DNA of 21,703 bases from Dolichospermum sp. (GTDB lineage Bacteria > Cyanobacteriota > Cyanobacteriia > Cyanobacteriales > Nostocaceae), in NCBI GenBank assembly GCA_046070105.1, contig JBJUHT010000117.1, positions 1-21,703 of the forward strand. The letters run 5' to 3'. This document shows positions 16,334 to 21,703 of the stretch, in pieces (within the stretch, counting starts at the first letter, position 1; the number at the start of each line of letters is the position of its first letter). Under the pieces are notes generated by a model. That model was not told where the DNA came from and made no database searches. It worked only from the letters and a program-made list of their open reading frames with translations. Both the position numbers and the translations under genes were made by a program.

Positions 16334-17806
16334 ATGCTTACAAACACCCTACTTCTCTCGAATCAACTTCCTAGTTTACAATATTCATCCACCACAGAAC
16401 GCTTCGATGACACTTGGGAAGCCCCCCTGGCAACCCTTTTAGGACTAGGACGCGCCGCCGGGGCAGATTTTGTAGAATACTTCCTAGAACGCCGCAACTA
16501 CATCAGTTGTCTAGCGGAAGATGACACCATTACCAGCATTTCCCCCAGTTTAGCCACCGGTGCGGGAGTGCGCGTATTTCGCGGTAAAGCTGACTGCTAC
16601 GTTAGCACCAATAACCTCACATTTGCGGGTTTAAAAGCAGCTTTAGAAAAAGCACTTTCTATTTTGGGACTACAATTACCAGGTCCTAGTGGCTTCATTC
16701 CCGAAATCAACCTGGAATTACTCAGGGACTACGCCAGCAAACGCGGTAAAGACGCTTGGCTACCCTTATGTAGTTCTATCCGGGAAATGGGAGAAGTTCT
16801 CCTTGATGGTACAGCCCAACTGAACAAAAAAGCTACCCACGTCCAATCTCGCCGCGCTTCCTACTTCCGTGACTGGCAAGAAGTATTAGTTGCTGCCAGT
16901 GATGGTACATTTGCCCGTGATATCCGCCTCACCCAGTCCGTGGGCTTTAATCTGCTTTGTGCTGACGGCGCTAACCGTTCCTCTATTGCTGAACGGGCGG
17001 GTAATACCAGTGACGCTAACTTCCTGAGAACCTGGGATTATCAACAAGCCTCCGAACAAATCGCCGAATCTGCCGGTAAAATGCTTTATGCAGATTACGT
17101 AGAATCAGGAACTTACCCCATTATCATGGCCAATCATTTTGGCGGCGTAATTTTCCACGAAGCTTGCGGACACCTTTTAGAAACCACCCAAATTGAACAC
17201 AAAACCACACCATTTGCTGATAAAAAAGGTGAAAAAATTGCCCATGAAAGCCTGACGGCTTGGGACGAAGGACGGGCAGAAAATGCCTTTGGTACAATTG
17301 ATATGGACGATGAAGGAATGCCCGCTCAAAGAACATTATTAATTGAAAAAGGCATCCTCAAAAACTTCCTCGCTGATAGAACCGGTTCAGTGCGGACTGG
17401 ACACCCCAGAACAGGTAGTGGCCGCCGTCAAAATTACACTTTTGCTGCTGCTAGTCGGATGCGAAATACATATATTGATTGTGGAGAACATACAACAGAA
17501 GACCTATTTTCCTCCGTTGATAAAGGTATTTACTGTAAGAAAATGGGTGGTGGTAGTGTAGGCGCAACAGGCCAATTTAACTTTAGCGTTGACGAAGCTT
17601 ACTTAATAGAAAATGGCAAAATTACCAAACCATTAAAAGGTGCGACCCTCATCGGTGAAGCGAAGGAAATCATGAATAAAATTTCCCTATGTTCCCAAGA
17701 TTTAGAACTAGCTCCCGGCTTTTGTGGTTCAGTTAGCGGCAGCATTTACACCACAGTTGGACAACCCCATATTAAGGTTGATTCTATTACCGTTGGCGGT
17801 AGATAA
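16334..17806 (+). CDS. tldD: TldD metalloprotease
   Basis: 490 aa with the HEACGH zinc-binding motif ([12 protein letters not shown]), and a C-terminus GQFNFSV...[14 protein letters not shown] typical of the TldD/PmbA family. Confidence 0.95.
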   Translation: MLTNTLLLSNQLPSLQYSSTTERFDDTWEAPLATLLGLGRAAGADFVEYFLERRNYISCLAEDDTITSISPSLATGAGVRVFRGKADCYVSTNNLTFAGLKAALEKALSILGLQLPGPSGFIPEINLELLRDYASKRGKDAWLPLCSSIREMGEVLLDGTAQLNKKATHVQSRRASYFRDWQEVLVAASDGTFARDIRLTQSVGFNLLCADGANRSSIAERAGNTSDANFLRTWDYQQASEQIAESAGKMLYADYVESGTYPIIMANHFGGVIFHEACGHLLETTQIEHKTTPFADKKGEKIAHESLTAWDEGRAENAFGTIDMDDEGMPAQRTLLIEKGILKNFLADRTGSVRTGHPRTGSGRRQNYTFAAASRMRNTYIDCGEHTTEDLFSSVDKGIYCKKMGGGSVGATGQFNFSVDEAYLIENGKITKPLKGATLIGEAKEIMNKISLCSQDLELAPGFCGSVSGSIYTTVGQPHIKVDSITVGGR

Positions 17807-17810
17807 CTAA

Positions 17811-17838
17811 ATTTTAGATTTTAGATTTTGGATTTTGG
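17811..17838. repeat. Heptamer tandem array ATTTTAG ATTTTAG ATTTTGG ATTTTGG
   Basis: Read directly. It is the inverted partner of 18248-18275. Confidence 0.8.
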
Positions 17839-17841
17839 ATT

Positions 17842-18132
17842 GTGAATGAGCAACAGTTTAAGACCAGAACAAAACAACTTGCATTAAGAGTCATTCGTTT
17901 GGTTGAATCATTACCAAATACTAAAACTGCGGACGTTATTGGTAAACAGTTGTTACGCTCTGCGACTTCTGTCGGTGCTAATTATAGATCAGCTTGTCGT
18001 GCTAAGTCTACAGCTGACTTAATTGCCAAACTTAGTATTGTAGAAGAAGAAGCTGATGAAACTCTTTACTGGTTAGAACTTCTGATTGAATCAAGATTAA
18101 TAACAGTAGAAAAACTTAACAATTTAATGTAA
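17842..18132 (+). CDS. Four-helix-bundle protein (23S rRNA intervening-sequence protein family), GTG start, truncated by a TAA nonsense codon
   Basis: GKQLLRSATSVGANYRSACRAKS...IVEEEADETLYWLELL is the family core. After TAA (18130-18132) the same frame continues ETSEILAMTVASIKTLRQKPK* to 18198, which matches the usual C-terminus. Confidence 0.8.
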   Translation: MNEQQFKTRTKQLALRVIRLVESLPNTKTADVIGKQLLRSATSVGANYRSACRAKSTADLIAKLSIVEEEADETLYWLELLIESRLITVEKLNNLM

Positions 18133-18247
18133 GAAACTAGCGAAATTCTGGCTATGACAGTTGCTTCAATAAAAACCCTTCGACAAAAACCAAAATGATA
18201 ACGTCCAAACTCCAAAATCTAATTTCTAAAACAGTTCTTGATGGAAT

Positions 18248-18275
18248 CCAAAATCTAAAATCTAAAATCCAAAAT
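18248..18275. repeat. Heptamer tandem array CCAAAAT CTAAAAT CTAAAAT CCAAAAT, with a degenerate extra copy set at 18204-18230
   Basis: It is the reverse-complement partner of 17811-17838. As RNA the 28 positions pair with one mismatch and one G-U. Confidence 0.8.
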
Positions 18276-18285
18276 TCATTCAATC

Positions 18286-19626
18286 ATGTCTAACATTCAA
18301 GAAATCGCCACCTACGCTCAAGAAAATGCCGCTAAACTTGGCATTAAAAAATTCGACATTTACGGCTCAACTGTAGATGATACCAGCGTTCAAGTTGACC
18401 AAGGTGAACCCAAACAAGTCAAGGCTTCCAATCGTTCTGGGGTAACAGTTCGGGTATGGAATGAAGAAAATACAATGGGTGTTACCAGTACCACAGATGT
18501 AGATGATAAGGGATTAGAATTAGCTCTAAAAACTGCTTATGAAGCCAGCTTTTTTGGTGTGAAAGAAAATGTTCCTGATTTTAGTCCAGAAGCAACTATT
18601 CCTATCCCTAATAAACATCAAGAAAAAGCTCTCCAAGCACCTGTTTCTGAACTAATAGAAAAGCTCTTAGTGGCAGAAAAAGAATTATTAGCAACTCATC
18701 CTGCTATTAAGGGAGTACCTTATAATGGTTTAGCACAGAGAGATATTGACAGATTTTATCTCAATAGTGAAGGTGCTTTAAGAACTGAATCTCATTCTTT
18801 AGCTTCTATTTATTTGTACAGCAAAACTGAAGAAGAAGGTAAAAAACCCCGCAGTGCTGGTGCTTATCGAGTTAAGGAAAGTGTTGCTGATTTAGATATT
18901 GCTGGTTGTATCAAGGAAACTGCTCAGAAAACTATCAGTCATTTGCATTATGAAAAAATCCAAACTGGTAAATATCAAGTGGTTTTTTCTCCTGAAGCTT
19001 TTTTAAGTTTATTGGGGGCTTTTTCTAATTTATTTAACGCCCAAAATATTCTGGATAATCAAAGTTTATCGAAAGCTGATGATATTGGTAAAGCAATTGC
19101 TTCACCTTTACTTTCAGTTTATGATGATGCTTTACATCCTGCTAATATTGGTGCAGAAAGTTTTGATGGTGAAGGGACTCCAACTCGACAAATTAAGTTA
19201 ATAGAAAAGGGCATTTTAACCAGTTTTTTACATAGTGCGGGAACTGCTAAAAGGTTAAATGCTCAACCTACTGGTAATGCTAGTATTGGCGCAAAAGTTA
19301 GCGTTAGTCCGAATTTTTATCACGTTTTTGCGGCGGAAATTCCTGAGAAAGAATTGAGTCTAGAAACTGCGGAAAATGTGATTTTAATTGATGATTTACA
19401 AGCTCTTCATGCGGGTGTTAAGGCTTTACAAGGTTCTTTTTCTTTACCTTTTGATGGTTGGTTAGTTAATAAAGGTGAGAAAACCAGTATTGAGTCTGCA
19501 ACGGTAGCCGGTGATTTCTTGGAACTTCTCAAATCTATTGTTTATGTGGAGAAAGAGGTGGAATTAACACCAGGAGGTGTTGCTCCCAGAGTTTGGGTGA
19601 GTGAACTTTCTATTACTGGAGATTAA
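18286..19626 (+). CDS. pmbA: PmbA/TldE (TldD/PmbA family protease partner)
   Basis: 446 aa. It has the TldD/PmbA family layout, lies next to tldD, and has the C-terminal pattern GSFSLPFDGWLVNKGE...ATVAGDFLELL. Confidence 0.9.
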   Translation: MSNIQEIATYAQENAAKLGIKKFDIYGSTVDDTSVQVDQGEPKQVKASNRSGVTVRVWNEENTMGVTSTTDVDDKGLELALKTAYEASFFGVKENVPDFSPEATIPIPNKHQEKALQAPVSELIEKLLVAEKELLATHPAIKGVPYNGLAQRDIDRFYLNSEGALRTESHSLASIYLYSKTEEEGKKPRSAGAYRVKESVADLDIAGCIKETAQKTISHLHYEKIQTGKYQVVFSPEAFLSLLGAFSNLFNAQNILDNQSLSKADDIGKAIASPLLSVYDDALHPANIGAESFDGEGTPTRQIKLIEKGILTSFLHSAGTAKRLNAQPTGNASIGAKVSVSPNFYHVFAAEIPEKELSLETAENVILIDDLQALHAGVKALQGSFSLPFDGWLVNKGEKTSIESATVAGDFLELLKSIVYVEKEVELTPGGVAPRVWVSELSITGD

Positions 19627-19635
19627 TAATTACCC

Positions 19636-19659
19636 CACCCCCTGCTCCTGTAGGGGGTG
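19636..19659 (+). terminator. GC-rich hairpin caccccct-gctcctgt-agggggtg, 10 nt after the pmbA stop. Candidate intrinsic terminator.
   Basis: 8-bp stem with an 8-nt loop, followed by cttgactttta. Confidence 0.5.
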
Positions 19660-19713
19660 CTTGACTTTTATCCTATCTTCCACACCCTAAACTTAAAGGT
19701 AAAACAATTTTGC

Positions 19714-19722
19714 TGTTATAAT
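19714..19722 (+). promoter_or_regulatory. Extended -10 element TGtTATAAT upstream of the NLR-like gene
   Basis: tgttataat lies about 38 nt upstream of the ATG at 19760. No good -35 was seen. Confidence 0.3.
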
Positions 19723-19759
19723 CACACTACCAACTATATAAAAAATAAGGTCTTGATTT

Positions 19760-20116
19760 ATGGATCCTATTACCGTCGTGGCTGGAATAGTTACAATTAT
19801 TTTAACTGGAGCCTTGACCCGTGTCGGCGAACTTTCTTTAGATGGGGCAATCTTAAACTTGAAGAAATTGATTGAAGCTAAATCCCCTCAAATTATTAAT
19901 CAATTACAAGCGACTGGTGGAAATCAAGCTCCTTCACCTGAAACTATTGATGCTGTAGCAACTTTGATTAAGAATGACCCCGATATTCAACAACTAGCAG
20001 AACAGGTAGCAACGGAAAACAAATCCAACCCTTATATTCTCAGTTATATGCGAGATGTGGGTATGGTTGTTCATGGGGGAACAGTTCAAAATCCTGTTTT
20101 TAACTTTAACAACTGA
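19760..20116 (+). CDS. N-terminal module of the STAND NTPase: hydrophobic N-terminal helix, helical domain, and a G/N/Q/V-rich tail. It ends at an in-frame TGA.
   Basis: MDPITVVAGIVTIILTGAL..., and the tail VGMVVHGGTVQNPVFNFNN*. It is in the same reading frame as the downstream NB-ARC ORF (444 nt offset). Confidence 0.7.
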   Translation: MDPITVVAGIVTIILTGALTRVGELSLDGAILNLKKLIEAKSPQIINQLQATGGNQAPSPETIDAVATLIKNDPDIQQLAEQVATENKSNPYILSYMRDVGMVVHGGTVQNPVFNFNN

Positions 20117-20203
20117 CTGTCGTCGCCTGTTAGGGAGCAGGTAAAACAAAACCCTTCCAATTTACCAAGTAGTGGTGTCGCTAAGTTTGTTGGACGTGAT
20201 GAT

Positions 20204-21703
20204 GTGTTAACTCAGTTAGCAACTCAGTTAGAAACCTGCGACAGAATTGCCATTTCCACATTAACTGGTATGGGAGGCATTGGTAAATCTGAGTTAGCTT
20301 TGCAGTACGCTCAGCAAGAATATAAGAAAAACACCTATTTGGGTGGAATTACTTGGTTAAATGTGGCTGATAGTGATGTAGGTACAAGCATTTTAAGCTT
20401 TGCTCAGCTTTATCTGGGATTAACCTTGCCCACAGAAGGAATTTTAGAAGAGAGGGTGCGATTCTGTTGGCAAAATTGGTTTAAAAATGAAAAAGACGAA
20501 TCATTAATTATTTTTGATGATGTACGTGAATATAAACAAATTAAGGCATACTTACCTCCTCAAACGGAAAAACGGTTTAAAGTTATTATTACGACACGTA
20601 ATAACAATTTATCAGCAACCATTCAGACGCTACAGTTACCAATTTTAGGAGAAGATGCAGCATTAGATTTATTACGCTCCTATGTTGAAGATGGTCGCAT
20701 TGACCAGGAGTTAGATGCAGCAAAATCACTTTGTCGGGATTTGGGGTATTTACCTTTAGCTTTAGAACTAGTGGCACGCTTATTAAGACGACGTAATAAC
20801 TGGAGGAGTGTTGAAGATATTTGGAGAAGATTAAGTGAGAAGAGATTGAGCCTGCAAAGATATGAAAATTTTGATCAGGAAATGACTGCAGAAAGAGGTG
20901 TTGAAGCAGCTTTTGACTTGACTTGGGAAAACTTAGATGAGAATAGTCGGCTCCTAGCTATGTACCTGAGTTTGTTTGCTCTGGCTCCTGTTTCTAAATC
21001 CTTAATAGATGATTTGTTAGGTGAGCAAGATCCTGATGATATTGAGGAGTGGTTAGCTGATAATTTGGTGAACCTTAATTTAGTTAATGATTTAGGGAAT
21101 AATTGGTATGAATTACATACATTAATTCGGGTTTATTTAAGAGAAAAGCTAGAGGAGTCAGCATTTAAGGAAGAAGCCAAACGTGCCTATTGTAAAGTAA
21201 TGGTTGATATTGCAAAAGATGTTAATGAGACATTAACACTAGCAGATGTTGCGAGATTAAAACCGTATATTGATCACCTAAAAATAGCAGTAGACGAACT
21301 GAATGAATGGTTAGGGGAAGAGAATTTAATCTGGCCTTTTATCGGGTTAGGTCGGTTTTATGAAGGACAGGGATTTTATGACCAAGCTGCTCCTTATAGA
21401 GAACAATGTTTAATTGTGAGTGAAAAGAGATTGGGAGAAAACCATCCTTATGTGGCAACCAGTCTGAACAATCTAGCGGGACTTTATGAGAATCAAGGGA
21501 GATACACAGAAGCAGAACCCCTGTATATACGCGCCCTCTCTATTAGAGAACAGCAATTGGGAGAAAACCATCCTTTGGTAGTAACTATTCTCAAGAATCT
21601 CGCCGGTCTTTATCAAGCTCAAGGAAGAGATGGAGATGCAGCATCTATTCTTCAACGCGCTCAATCTATTCAAGAAAGGCTACTCAAATCTAATGATTCT
21701 TGA
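20204..21703 (+). CDS. NB-ARC (STAND/NLR-like) NTPase with C-terminal TPR repeats. The conserved N-terminal lead-in extends upstream to 20117.
   Basis: GMGGIGKSELALQYA (P-loop), LIIFDDV (Walker B), KVIITTRN, GYLPLALELV (GLPL), and TPR units such as ATSLNNLAGLYENQGRYTEAEPLYIRAL. NLPSSGVAKFVGRDD, upstream of the annotated GTG, is part of the usual NB-ARC lead-in. Confidence 0.9.
   Translation: MLTQLATQLETCDRIAISTLTGMGGIGKSELALQYAQQEYKKNTYLGGITWLNVADSDVGTSILSFAQLYLGLTLPTEGILEERVRFCWQNWFKNEKDESLIIFDDVREYKQIKAYLPPQTEKRFKVIITTRNNNLSATIQTLQLPILGEDAALDLLRSYVEDGRIDQELDAAKSLCRDLGYLPLALELVARLLRRRNNWRSVEDIWRRLSEKRLSLQRYENFDQEMTAERGVEAAFDLTWENLDENSRLLAMYLSLFALAPVSKSLIDDLLGEQDPDDIEEWLADNLVNLNLVNDLGNNWYELHTLIRVYLREKLEESAFKEEAKRAYCKVMVDIAKDVNETLTLADVARLKPYIDHLKIAVDELNEWLGEENLIWPFIGLGRFYEGQGFYDQAAPYREQCLIVSEKRLGENHPYVATSLNNLAGLYENQGRYTEAEPLYIRALSIREQQLGENHPLVVTILKNLAGLYQAQGRDGDAASILQRAQSIQERLLKSNDS

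Noticed and set aside
17124-17561. ORFs 17124-17336 (-) and 17343-17561 (+) inside tldD
   Set aside because: They are alternative-frame or antisense overlaps of a high-confidence tldD CDS.
17811-18275. Possible CRISPR array suggested by short regular repeats
   Set aside because: The period is only 7 nt, there are no spacers, and the two arrays are inverted copies flanking a gene. These are STRR-type heptamer repeats, not CRISPR.
19657-19875. 72-aa plus-strand ORF overlapping the start of the NLR N-module
   Set aside because: It starts inside the terminator and promoter region, has a Cys/Tyr/Asn-rich non-protein-like translation, and overlaps a better-supported frame.
20114-20116. Selenocysteine recoding of the in-frame TGA
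   Set aside because: I see no SECIS-like hairpin immediately downstream, and there is no functional reason for Sec in an inter-domain linker. Nonsense mutation or leaky termination is more plausible.
20589-21673. Minus-strand ORFs 20589-20777 and 21473-21673
   Set aside because: They are antisense shadows of the NB-ARC/TPR CDS.

Overview
AT-rich window that looks like a filamentous cyanobacterium (Nostocales-like). This taxonomic call is an inference from a DUF2887/Rpn-type gene remnant, heptamer tandem repeats, and a four-helix-bundle 'IVS protein' gene between tldD and pmbA. Intact core genes are a Pmp3/YqaE proteolipid, a DUF360 membrane protein, tex, tldD and pmbA. Three accessory loci lie between them. 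(1) 1309-7487, minus strand: a tightly packed five-gene operon. It encodes a 75-aa ORF, an 882-aa HEAT-like-repeat polytopic membrane protein, a soluble single-domain FtsK/SpoIIIE-type ATPase, a 74-aa helical-hairpin protein, and a 330-aa protein. The 330-aa protein has an N-terminus paralogous to the 74-aa protein and a C-terminus with a PD-(D/E)xK nuclease-like pattern. This is my best candidate for an undescribed system: either a type-VII-like export module for a nuclease effector, or a new defence system. An IS630-family element (7567-8690, TA duplication) sits just upstream of it. (2) 12281-16240, plus strand: two ABC/SMC-like ATPase two-gene modules, one with a PIN-like partner and one with a TOPRIM/DUF4276-like partner. 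They are separated by a decayed 'ghost' copy of the tldD 5' region, which marks a repeatedly used insertion site upstream of tldD. (3) 19760-21703: an NB-ARC + TPR STAND (NLR-like) NTPase. Its N-terminal membrane-helix module is cut off from the NTPase only by one in-frame TGA. Several accessory genes are disrupted: two A8 homopolymer frameshifts, two nonsense codons and one internally deleted gene. No rRNA, tRNA or CRISPR array was seen. All functional calls come from motif recognition by eye in the translations. No database search was run.
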